From Chthoniobacterales bacterium (GTDB lineage: Bacteria; Verrucomicrobiota; Verrucomicrobiia; Chthoniobacterales; UBA6821), in NCBI GenBank assembly GCA_026461395.1, contig JAPJNA010000079.1, positions 13,129 through 77,128 on the forward strand: a stretch of 64,000 nucleotides of DNA, written 5' to 3'. Positions 55,693-64,000 of this stretch are shown piece by piece; position 1 is the stretch's first letter; each line of letters starts with the position of its first letter. The translations under genes were made by a program, and so were the position numbers. The notes under the pieces are model-generated. The model was not told where the DNA came from. It worked only from the letters and a program-made list of their open reading frames with translations, and searched no databases.

Positions 55693-55851
55693 TTCAATCC
55701 ACCTCCTTTGTTCCGCATGCGCGGCGTATGTGAAAAGTTTGTGAATAAGTCACTGCTGAATGTGAATAAGTCGCCCGTTGATATGCGTCAACGGATTTTC
55801 TGAAAAAGTTTCGCCCCATTTCCCTCACCCTCGTGAGGAAAGTCTCATCAC

Positions 55852-56439
55852 TTACTTGGCCGCGAGAATTTTCTCCGCGTCTGCGATGATCTCCGACACC
55901 TCGGCCAGTCTTCCAAGCCCTTCGTACCCGCATGCCAGCATGCCTTCCGCCGGCCCGACAAATGAGGCTCCGCGTGTGAGGAGTATCTCCGCATTCATCA
56001 TGGTCGCGGGATGCTCCCACATCTTTCCATTCATCGCCGGCGCGATGAGAAGAGGCGCGCGCGTGGCAAGTGCGACCGATCCCAGCGCATCATCCGCAAG
56101 TCCATGAGCGAGGCGTGCGAGCGTATTCGCGCTAGCCGGCGCGATCAGCAGCAGATCCGCGCGATCCGCCAACTCGATATGGCCTGGCTTCCAGGCTCCT
56201 GAATTTTCCTCAGAGAGATCACACAGCACCGGATTGCGCGAGAGCGTGGCGAGTGTGAGAGGTGTGATGAATTCGGTGGCCCTGTGCGTCATCACGACGA
56301 AGACATCGTGGCCCGCGTTGCGGAGTTGGCTGACAATCTCCGCTGCCTTATACGCAGCGATCGATCCGGTCACACCCAGGACGATCGTTTTTCTCCGGCC
56401 GTTAGCTGATTCTTTCCCTGCGTTTTCCATCGTCTCCAT
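55852..56439 (-). CDS. coaC: Phosphopantothenoylcysteine decarboxylase (CoaC flavoprotein domain only)
   Basis: It has VLGVTGSIAAYKAAEIV, PAMNGKMW and GMLACGYEGLGRL. The protein ends after about 195 aa without a CoaB ligase domain. I use the start METMENAGK at 56439. Confidence 0.85.
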   Translation of the reverse strand: METMENAGKESANGRRKTIVLGVTGSIAAYKAAEIVSQLRNAGHDVFVVMTHRATEFITPLTLATLSRNPVLCDLSEENSGAWKPGHIELADRADLLLIAPASANTLARLAHGLADDALGSVALATRAPLLIAPAMNGKMWEHPATMMNAEILLTRGASFVGPAEGMLACGYEGLGRLAEVSEIIADAEKILAAK

Positions 56440-56444
56440 AATGG

Positions 56445-57080
56445 TCAGTCCACATTTTCCGTGACGACGGACATGCGGCGGCTGAGGTAACGCTCGGCGC
56501 GCATGACAGCCCGGAACTTCTCGATGTTCTCCTCCATCGAGCCGCTGATAATCGTGTAGCGGTAATCGCGCCAGCATTCCATCTCGCGGGCGGCGTTGCT
56601 CATCCGGATCTCGACCTGCTCGGACGTCTCCGTGCCACGGCGCATGAGACGCCGGCGGAGCTCGTCAAGATCGGGGGGCATGATAAAGACATCGGCAAGG
56701 GCCTCGAGAATGATGGGATCTCCGCAAGCACGGATGTTGTCGACGCCGTGGGTGTCGATGTCGAGAAGCACGTCGATGCCGTTCTTTAGATTTTCGAGCA
56801 CGGGTCCCTTCAGCGTGCCGTAGTGGTTGCCGTGGACCTCGGCATGCTCCAGAAATTCTCTCGCATCGAGACGCCGTGTGAATTCCTCACGGGATAGGAA
56901 GTGGTAATCTTCCCCATTGATTTCCCCGGTCCTGGGTGCACGCGTCGTGCAGGAGACGGACCAGACGAAGTCGGGCTTCTGCCGCAACGTCGTGCAGAGC
57001 GTCGTCTTCCCTGCACCTGAGGGTGCGGAAATGACGAAGAGGATGCCGGAACGCCGAAAGTGATGGGATGGATTATTCAC
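56445..57080 (-). CDS. gmk: Guanylate kinase
   Basis: It has the P-loop SAPSGAGKTTL and TTRAPRTGEINGEDYHF. Confidence 0.95.
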   Translation of the reverse strand: MNNPSHHFRRSGILFVISAPSGAGKTTLCTTLRQKPDFVWSVSCTTRAPRTGEINGEDYHFLSREEFTRRLDAREFLEHAEVHGNHYGTLKGPVLENLKNGIDVLLDIDTHGVDNIRACGDPIILEALADVFIMPPDLDELRRRLMRRGTETSEQVEIRMSNAAREMECWRDYRYTIISGSMEENIEKFRAVMRAERYLSRRMSVVTENVD

Positions 57081-57085
57081 GCGGA

Positions 57086-57967
57086 TTACTCGAGATTAGC
57101 GACTTGTTCTCGGATTCTATCAAGTTCTGCCTTGGATTGCACGACCCGTTGGGAGATGGCCGCATCGCCGGCCTTGTTTCCGAGCGTGTTGAACTCACGG
57201 AACATCTCCTGGGCTAAATAGTCGAGCGTCCTGCCGGCCTGCTCAGAACTTTCCAACGATTCTCTGCACTGCACGAAATGGCTCTCCAGTCTCGTCAACT
57301 CCTCGGTGATGTCGCTGCGCTCGGCCATGAAGGCGAGTTCGCGGGCGAGCGCTGGATCATTCGCAGGTAAAGGAAGTCCCAGCTCCTCCAAGCGGGCCTT
57401 CAGGTGATCGCGCCGCTGACGTAGCACGGCAGGGACGCGGATACGAATGGCCTTAGCTGCGGACTCCAAGAGCTTGATGCGCTTGAACAAGTCCGTGACG
57501 AGGTGAGCCCCCTCCTTCTTTCTCATCACGATCATTCGATCCAACGCCTCAACGAGAGCCGTCTGAAGCACAGGTAAGAGAGTATCCGTATCCGGAGAGT
57601 CCTCCGTGCCGTTTCTCAGGACGCCGGGGGATCGGAGCAATAGCTCCAGAGAGATCTGCCCGGGTAGTGACAGCTCCGCCTGAAGCTCCTGTAGCTCCTG
57701 AAGCGTACGGCGCGCTGCTTGCTTATCGACAACGCCCTGCGTGCTTTCCGGCCCTGCGGCATTCTCCAGCAGAACCATGACGTTGATACGCCCGCGACCG
57801 ATTCTTTTTTGAATCACTTCCCGAAGCTTGGGCTCAAGCGCTGCAAGTGGCTTCGGCAGCGAGAGCACGATCTCGAGACCTTTCCGGTTTACCGAGCCAC
57901 ACTCCACGGTGAGTCGCCATCCTTCGGCCAGTGCGTTGCCCCGGCCATGTCCTGTCATGCTTTGCAT
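57086..57967 (-). CDS. yicC: YicC/YloC-family protein
   Basis: It begins MQSMTGHGRG, is 293 aa, and has the C-terminal REQVANLE. Confidence 0.88.
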   Translation of the reverse strand: MQSMTGHGRGNALAEGWRLTVECGSVNRKGLEIVLSLPKPLAALEPKLREVIQKRIGRGRINVMVLLENAAGPESTQGVVDKQAARRTLQELQELQAELSLPGQISLELLLRSPGVLRNGTEDSPDTDTLLPVLQTALVEALDRMIVMRKKEGAHLVTDLFKRIKLLESAAKAIRIRVPAVLRQRRDHLKARLEELGLPLPANDPALARELAFMAERSDITEELTRLESHFVQCRESLESSEQAGRTLDYLAQEMFREFNTLGNKAGDAAISQRVVQSKAELDRIREQVANLE

Positions 57968-57973
57968 AAGTTT

Positions 57974-60900
57974 TTATTGTTGAGCGGTTCCTCCCCACGA
58001 AAGGCTCCAAATCCAAGGTGCTCCGTAGAAACCGAGGGCGGCTGGTTGGTAGTTGCCTAGCCGGGAGGTCACCCATCCAGTGGCCGGAAGAGGAAAAAGC
58101 AGGTTCTGTCGGCACCACGATGTTTCCTGCAACAAGAGGCTCTTCATCTGTGCGGGACGGCCTGCCATGGTCATCAAAAGATCTGGTGAGCTGATACCCT
58201 GCAATCCTTCAAAAGCTATCGTCGGAGCAGAAAGAGTGCCACCCAAGGAAAGGATGCAGATGCCCTCCTTGGTCAGTCCATAAGCATTTTCTCCCGAAAG
58301 CGTGCCACGCGAAGCCTCCAGCATTATGCGAGCTTGCGGCACGACAAAGGTGCTGCAAGGGAGGCTAAGTTCTACATTCTTTGCCTCGATCTTTCCTGAA
58401 AATGAGGGCGCAAGAGCCGCGCCACCTGCATGCACATCTAGGGATATGCTCGTGTCGGATACTGGATTCAACGTCACCATCCCATCCGTCTTGAGTGCGA
58501 CGTCGATTTGCAGACCTTTCAGGTTGTTTTCTTTTCCTTGATCGTGGGTTCCTGCGCTAGCTTGTGAGAGAAGAGTGCACGCAGGGGGAGCGAAGGCTGG
58601 TGTTAGGTTTGCACGTGGGATGCCTGAGAGACTGTGCAGCCTCATCGATCCGCTCAAAACAGGAGATTGATCACCTGTTACACCGAGTGCCAGATCGGTA
58701 TCTGCAAGGGCATCAATGCCACCAACCAGCGACAACGGCAGATTGTTTCCCATCAATCGAAGCGTTCCTTTCCAAGGGAGGTTTCCCCATTCGAGAGATC
58801 CGGAAAGCGTCACCGGCTTGCCATGGTAGACGGCGCTTCCAGGACCGAATGACGCCTTGGTCGTGGCAAGCGTCATCGGCAGCGACAGGTGCTCAAGATT
58901 TTGTGCACCGAAGAGATGTCCTTCCTCGGCTTCTAGCAGAAGGCTACCTTCGGATGCCGGCTGTTTCCATGTTCCGGAGAAACTGATTTTCCCATCAAGA
59001 CGGGCCTTCTTAAGGGGCCATGCTTCCAACCTCACGAGGCTAGCCCACCCGTCCAGGGGGACGTGTTGCAAGACTGCGGATCCACGGATTGGCTGATCGC
59101 CATTCCCTATTCTAAGGGTTCCCTGATCCTTGACCAAAGAAAGCGGCATTTCCAACTCCACGGCTAATGGCGAGGAGGATGCCGTTTCCTGAAGAATCTT
59201 TACCTTGGCTTTCCCTTCCCCGGCTTCCAAGGAGAGTGACAGATCCGCTGTTGGTCCACCCTGCTTGGGTGAGAAATTGCGGATACTCATTGAGGCATGC
59301 AAGTCCGGTTTTGCAGGCGTGCCCGTAGCGGAGATCGTTCCATCAAGGCTTCCTACAAAAGGAACTTCTTGGCCAAAAAGGCCGGCAATTTCCTCGGCCT
59401 TGATTCCCTGGAGAGCGAGGTTAATCCCGAGTGACCCGTCCATCACGATGGTCTTGAGCGCGTCGCCGCTTTGCCAAAATTCCGTGGCATTGAACGGGAG
59501 CGACAGTTCGCCTTTCACAAGAGGTAACGGCTTGCCATCGCGAGTCGCCACAATGTCAGTGGCCCGGAAGGCGTTGGTTGTCGCTGAAAGTTTCATGGCA
59601 AGTGACAGGTCCTCCTGCTTGAAATTGGCCTTGGCGAATTCCACTTTCCCCGGTGCGTAAGTTCCCTCAAAGGTTCCGGACATGCCGGTGGTCGTCCACT
59701 TGCTCACCCAGCCGTTGACATGGGTCTGAAACGATCCGGTGTGAACTTCTGCGGAGCCCTCTCCTTGCCAGTTAAACTTCACTCCTCCACCCCCGATGAC
59801 GGTGGCTGTGGTAAGTCCTAACTGGGAAAGTCGCTTTGTCAGGTCGTGGACATCGCCTTCCGCCTCGGCCGTGTAAGCATGGGGGCGGCTGTTTGCGACC
59901 TTACCGCTAAGATACAGGTGATCTCGTCCGCTCCATGCCTCGAGGGCGGTCAGCTGGGTCTGATCACCGGCGAAGATCACGCATCCTTTCATCCAGTCCA
60001 GTGGCAATTTGCGGATGATCATGCCTGTCCCGGTGATATTGCAGTATCCTTCAGCCTTGTTCTCGGCGCCTTGAACCTCTCCCTCGAGAGCCATTCCTCC
60101 ACCCAGCTGGGAAAACTGGGGGCCAATCAATCCAGCCAGCGCACTGGCATCCTCAAGCTCGGCATGAAAGCTCGCGGTAAAAGGGGCCCGGAGCGCCGCG
60201 TGCCAATCTGCAGGGAGATGGCTTTGTCCCGATGCCGTTACTTCATTCTCCTGTTGCTGGAGATGGAGTTCGGAAAGGGTGAGGTTGCGGCCCGTAAGCG
60301 TCGTGACTAACCGGAGAGTCTCCCAACCCTTTCCTTCCCAATGGAAGTCGCGGGCAATGAGGCGCAACGAGCTGTCGGCATCCACCGGGTTTGCGAGATC
60401 GCCACGGAACGTAAACCGCGCTTGGCTGATAAATCCGGTCGCCTTTTTTTCGCCCTTCATCAGTTCATGGAAGGCCTCCAGCGATAGACCTTCGCCCACC
60501 AGCGTCAGCTCGAGTTGGTAGGAATTCATCGACGTCCGCACGCTGCCGTCACCCCTCAGCATGCCTCGGCCAGCGGTTCCCATGATGCCGAAATCGACAC
60601 CACCGGACACCGGTCGGAGAGACGATTCCTTAAGAAGGATATCCTGGCCCAGGTCGAGCTCCCCCAGACGAAGTACTCCATCCTCCCAAGCAGCGGGGGC
60701 AGAAGCCTTGGGCAAAACTCGGTGCCAAGTACCGAGATCCAAAGACCCATCGGCATAAGAAATCCTGCCGGCCCAGCGGTCTGGCAAACGAAGTGTCAGG
60801 CCATTCACCGCCAGCCGGTGTTGATCTCCGATCATGACCAAGTCAGCAGACCCCAGAGCGAAGGAAGAGGAAGGAAGGAAAAAGGTGGTATGCACCAAGG

Positions 60901-61363
60901 GCTGTATACCCCAGCGCAGTGGCTTCTTAAGTGGCTTTGCGGTGCGTGTGCTCGTTCGGGTATCCAGTAGCACCTTGGTCTTGCCCACCATCATCTCTCG
61001 GATTAACGCCTTTGGTTTCCCATCGGTGAAGCGAAGCAGATTCTTCATCGAGACAAGGCGCACCCCAACCCAGTCGGTCTTGATGCTGCTTCGGTGATCT
61101 AGCGGGCCAAATAGCCATGTAACTCCCCGGGCTTGGATCCATCCATTCTCTGCAACCGCGAGCTGATCGATATGCAACTCCCCGCCACATTCCCAAGCAA
61201 CCATCTCAAGACCACCCCGGAGCAAGCCGCAGACTGCGGGCTTGAAGAAAAACCAGCTCGCAATTCCTAAGGCCAGCAAGATCAACGTTCTCCATGCCGT
61301 GGGTGTTCCGGACATGGCGGGGGGATGCTCCGGAACCTCGGTGTTTTTGTAACGGGGCGGCAT
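57974..61363 (-). CDS. Large TamB/AsmA-superfamily-like envelope protein (1129 aa)
   Basis: The N-terminal anchor is WRTLILLALGIASWFFF. A very long beta-rich repetitive body follows. The size and architecture resemble translocation and assembly module TamB. No domain search was possible. Confidence 0.5.
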   Translation of the reverse strand: MPPRYKNTEVPEHPPAMSGTPTAWRTLILLALGIASWFFFKPAVCGLLRGGLEMVAWECGGELHIDQLAVAENGWIQARGVTWLFGPLDHRSSIKTDWVGVRLVSMKNLLRFTDGKPKALIREMMVGKTKVLLDTRTSTRTAKPLKKPLRWGIQPLVHTTFFLPSSSFALGSADLVMIGDQHRLAVNGLTLRLPDRWAGRISYADGSLDLGTWHRVLPKASAPAAWEDGVLRLGELDLGQDILLKESSLRPVSGGVDFGIMGTAGRGMLRGDGSVRTSMNSYQLELTLVGEGLSLEAFHELMKGEKKATGFISQARFTFRGDLANPVDADSSLRLIARDFHWEGKGWETLRLVTTLTGRNLTLSELHLQQQENEVTASGQSHLPADWHAALRAPFTASFHAELEDASALAGLIGPQFSQLGGGMALEGEVQGAENKAEGYCNITGTGMIIRKLPLDWMKGCVIFAGDQTQLTALEAWSGRDHLYLSGKVANSRPHAYTAEAEGDVHDLTKRLSQLGLTTATVIGGGGVKFNWQGEGSAEVHTGSFQTHVNGWVSKWTTTGMSGTFEGTYAPGKVEFAKANFKQEDLSLAMKLSATTNAFRATDIVATRDGKPLPLVKGELSLPFNATEFWQSGDALKTIVMDGSLGINLALQGIKAEEIAGLFGQEVPFVGSLDGTISATGTPAKPDLHASMSIRNFSPKQGGPTADLSLSLEAGEGKAKVKILQETASSSPLAVELEMPLSLVKDQGTLRIGNGDQPIRGSAVLQHVPLDGWASLVRLEAWPLKKARLDGKISFSGTWKQPASEGSLLLEAEEGHLFGAQNLEHLSLPMTLATTKASFGPGSAVYHGKPVTLSGSLEWGNLPWKGTLRLMGNNLPLSLVGGIDALADTDLALGVTGDQSPVLSGSMRLHSLSGIPRANLTPAFAPPACTLLSQASAGTHDQGKENNLKGLQIDVALKTDGMVTLNPVSDTSISLDVHAGGAALAPSFSGKIEAKNVELSLPCSTFVVPQARIMLEASRGTLSGENAYGLTKEGICILSLGGTLSAPTIAFEGLQGISSPDLLMTMAGRPAQMKSLLLQETSWCRQNLLFPLPATGWVTSRLGNYQPAALGFYGAPWIWSLSWGGTAQQ

Positions 61364-61448
61364 GAGGGATTGATACGTTGGGGGACGAAGTATGCCTGCT
61401 CCCGGCTCGCTTGACCCGCGAAAATAATGAGTCTTGGCGTTCTCGCTC

Positions 61449-61489
61449 TAAAAGATACAGGCCGCCGCACCAATGGTACGACGGCCTGT
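61449..61489 (-). terminator. Possible rho-independent terminator downstream of the FtsX-type permease gene
   Basis: The hairpin is acaggccg(c)cg...cgacggcctgt (61457-61489), followed on the minus strand by atctttta. Confidence 0.4.
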
Positions 61490-61643
61490 TGTTCCCCCCA
61501 GAACAATCTTTCGATAAGCCCAACTTATAGCATTTTCTCTCCCGCGCAAGTTCTTTTTAAAAGAAATTCTTCTCACCACATCTTCCAGAGAGAAGAGAGT
61601 CCCTCACCTGTGCCCCCCATATCTCTCTGTTATCTCTCTTTTA

Positions 61644-64000
61644 TCATTCCATTCTAAGAGCAGAAGCGGGTGGTATGGATGAAGCTCGGAGTGCCGGGAT
61701 GAATCCCGCAAGAAGCGCAGCGCCCGTCATCCAAACCGGGAGTAGCGCGATATCGCGCCAAGGATAGGCAAGATCAATACTCCATCCGAAGAAGGCCTTG
61801 TTGATCACCCATGTCAGAACCAAAGCAAGGGCTGCCCCGCTCACGATTCCCACCAGACTGGCCAATAATCCGATCAGTGAGGCCTCGGCAAGTATCACAC
61901 GCACAATCTGTCCTCGGGAAGCGCCGATAGCCTTGAGCACTCCCAGCTCACGCGTCCTCTCCATGACCAGAATGCCGAGCGTAAGCATTACCCCTCCGAC
62001 TGCGACGGCTATCGAAATGGTTTTGAGCACGGCCGTTACCGCAAATGTCTGGTTGAAGATCTCCAGAATACGGGCCTTCAGGGAATGGTTGCTGTAACAG
62101 ATGAAGGCCTCCTTACCCCCGAAGGCAGAGAAAAAAGCCGTGCTGGCCTCTTCCCTGATCTTGTCGGGTGTTCCGGGCTCAAACACAATCGCCAAGGAGT
62201 GCACGCCTTGGGCTCCCCATACCTTGGCAAAATAATCCGCCCCGATCATCGCTATGCCTCGGTCGCGGGTGTAATCGCGGTAGAGGTCGATCACGGGCAG
62301 CGAGAGTGGCCCCTTGGGCCCGGAAAGTACCAGCGTGTCGCCGGGTCCGAGTTTCAGCCTGCGTCCCAGACTCTCCGAAAGAGCGATACCCTGGCCACTT
62401 TCCAAGGCCCTTGTTTTCTGGGCAACTTTACCATGCAGAAAATCGATGGAGCCTCGCGCTGGCCCCGAGACCACACCGAGCGTTACTTGCTCTCCCTTGA
62501 CGCTCCGAGCCTCCACTTCGCGGAACGTACCCACAGCTGAAACAGCAGGCCGCGTCCTCCACCAGTCGGCCGCCGTTTCGGGCATCGTGTGCTCTAGCCC
62601 CAGCAGTTCGTTGGCCGCGGGTGCGACAAAGAGATCCGCCGTCAACGTCCTTTCCGTCCATGCAATCACACTGCCGCGAAAGGAGTGAATCATGACACTG
62701 ATACCGACCGTCATCGCGGCGGCGGCGGCTAGAGCCGCGATTGTCGGCGCCGTCCGGTGCAGTGACCTCATAGTCTGCTCCAAGGCGATCCTAAGGATGG
62801 CCCCTCGCGTCCAGAGAGGCCGGGTCAAAATCCGCCGTAACAGCCCCGCCGCCGTAATCGCCACCATCGGAACCATCAACGAAAAACCTGCAAGGACAAA
62901 AAAAGCGGCGCCAAATCCGAGCAGGGCTACACCTCCGAACAGTGCTCCGAGTGAGCAGAGAAGTCCCAGTAAAAGAACGCCCATTCCGCAGAATGTCAGC
63001 GGTACGGCGGGCATGGGAAAGATCTCCGGCGCTGTTCCCGGATGGAGTACCTTTGTAGGATCGACCGCCGCGGCCTGGCGGGCGGGTATCCAGGCGGCTA
63101 CCAAGGAGGCCAAGACTCCGGCGACCATGCCGGCGAGGGCTTCCAGCGGTGAAGGCCAACCGCCGTGGGCATCGACCGGAAGGTAAAGGGCCGTCACTGT
63201 CTGAGCCACTGGTGCGGCGAGAATGCCGGCAATAAGGGGCGAGATCAGAATACCGAGCACGGATCCAATCAGTCCGCTGATCGCCGCTTCCACGAGAACC
63301 ATGGCAAGGATCATTGGCCTTCCTGTCCCTAGGGCCCGGAGGATCCCGAGCGAAACGCGGCGGCGTACCACGGAAGCGGCGGCCGAATTGCCGACAAAGA
63401 ACATTCCGACCATCAAGGAAACAAGGCTCAGGGCCGTGAGGTTGAGCCGGAACGCCGCGAGCATAATGTCGACTTGCTGGGTTCGCCGTGCCGGTGGCTG
63501 AACGGTTACATCCGCATGTAGAAGTCGCTGCAACCGGTCGATGACAGCCTGCTTCTCCTCGGGGTTAATCTGCTTGATCAAGATGGCGCTTAGGTAGCCC
63601 ACCTCTCCCACCCACTCCTGGGCAGTCGCAAGATCCATTGCAGCAACCCCTCCTCGCCCTTCTGCAGAGGCGTCATCTGTATGAATTACCTGTCCCATGA
63701 TGAGGCACCGCGGCGGTCCGGCACCTTGGAGACGGATCGAATCGCCCTGCTTGAGATGGTGCCGTCCGGGGAAATCTCTCAGTACAGCAATTGATGAGAC
63801 CTCTCCAAGCCACTCCGCAAGATTGCCCACCCCTTCTTTACCAGCTTCGTTTCCTGTGGCTTGGGTTCGGCTTTGGGCTTGGTCTCCTAAGGATGGTGTG
63901 AGGGAGAGCAGTCCTGCTGCTGTGAAGGGATCGATGCCGACAAGGTGGAGCGACTCGCCTGGATAGTCAGGTAGCGTCACCATGGCCTCTACAAGCGGTG
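61644..64000 (-). CDS. ABC transporter permease with two FtsX domains (MacB-like); 5' end probably beyond the window
   Basis: The FtsX hallmark is MERTRELGVLKAIGASRGQIVRVILAEA, and a second TM bundle plus periplasmic domains are present. The reading frame stays open upstream of the track start at 63983 through to position 64000. Confidence 0.85.
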   Translation of the reverse strand, partial: PLVEAMVTLPDYPGESLHLVGIDPFTAAGLLSLTPSLGDQAQSRTQATGNEAGKEGVGNLAEWLGEVSSIAVLRDFPGRHHLKQGDSIRLQGAGPPRCLIMGQVIHTDDASAEGRGGVAAMDLATAQEWVGEVGYLSAILIKQINPEEKQAVIDRLQRLLHADVTVQPPARRTQQVDIMLAAFRLNLTALSLVSLMVGMFFVGNSAAASVVRRRVSLGILRALGTGRPMILAMVLVEAAISGLIGSVLGILISPLIAGILAAPVAQTVTALYLPVDAHGGWPSPLEALAGMVAGVLASLVAAWIPARQAAAVDPTKVLHPGTAPEIFPMPAVPLTFCGMGVLLLGLLCSLGALFGGVALLGFGAAFFVLAGFSLMVPMVAITAAGLLRRILTRPLWTRGAILRIALEQTMRSLHRTAPTIAALAAAAAMTVGISVMIHSFRGSVIAWTERTLTADLFVAPAANELLGLEHTMPETAADWWRTRPAVSAVGTFREVEARSVKGEQVTLGVVSGPARGSIDFLHGKVAQKTRALESGQGIALSESLGRRLKLGPGDTLVLSGPKGPLSLPVIDLYRDYTRDRGIAMIGADYFAKVWGAQGVHSLAIVFEPGTPDKIREEASTAFFSAFGGKEAFICYSNHSLKARILEIFNQTFAVTAVLKTISIAVAVGGVMLTLGILVMERTRELGVLKAIGASRGQIVRVILAEASLIGLLASLVGIVSGAALALVLTWVINKAFFGWSIDLAYPWRDIALLPVWMTGAALLAGFIPALRASSIPPASALRME

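Noticed and set aside
55329-55803. Track ORFs 55329..55616(-), 55447..55803(+) and 55556..55744(+)
   Set aside because: They are alternative frames or strands of the AAG/GCC-rich repeat. Only the 53-aa KKAPAKK frame (55531..55692, minus) has an SD, an ATG and a terminator.

Overview
The window reads as ordinary core chromosome from a PVC-type bacterium, probably Verrucomicrobiota. That placement is my impression from an H-X9-DG pseudopilin relic, mostly Shine-Dalgarno-less leaders and overall gene content, and I cannot verify it here. GC is roughly 57-58 percent and coding density is high. I saw no integrase, transposase, CRISPR array, reverse transcriptase, toxin-antitoxin pair or recognisable defence gene. 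Recognisable genes: gatB (partial), smc, ppk1, ubiE/menG, purB, a partial complex I operon nuoHIJKLMN, recF, metG, hrpB, msrB, plsY-gpsA, miaA, hisI, thyA-folA, cysS, ispF, a suhB-like phosphatase, coaC, gmk and yicC. There are also three PPIase or chaperone genes, two AsmA/TamB-like envelope proteins, and three tRNAs: Gly-UCC, Leu-CAG and His-GUG. All product calls come from motif recognition on the supplied translations or my own translations. No database search was run. The best candidate for something undescribed is a six-gene, translationally coupled minus-strand operon at 44640-49378. It encodes a Roadblock-like protein, ExbB, ExbD, a TonB-like protein, a small zinc-ribbon membrane protein and an AsmA-like protein. 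That arrangement ties a PMF stator genetically to a bridge-type envelope transporter. Secondary candidates: (1) an MsbA-like ABC exporter coupled to two paralogous uncharacterised GT-B-like proteins at 25001-29276; (2) a family of long intergenic hairpin repeats built from GCAGAGGC octamers, five loci; (3) an identical 20-nt pyrimidine-rich leader in front of two unrelated genes; (4) a CYTH-Nudix fusion with degenerate catalytic motifs; (5) a 53-aa lysine-rich histone H1-like ORF missing from the ORF track.
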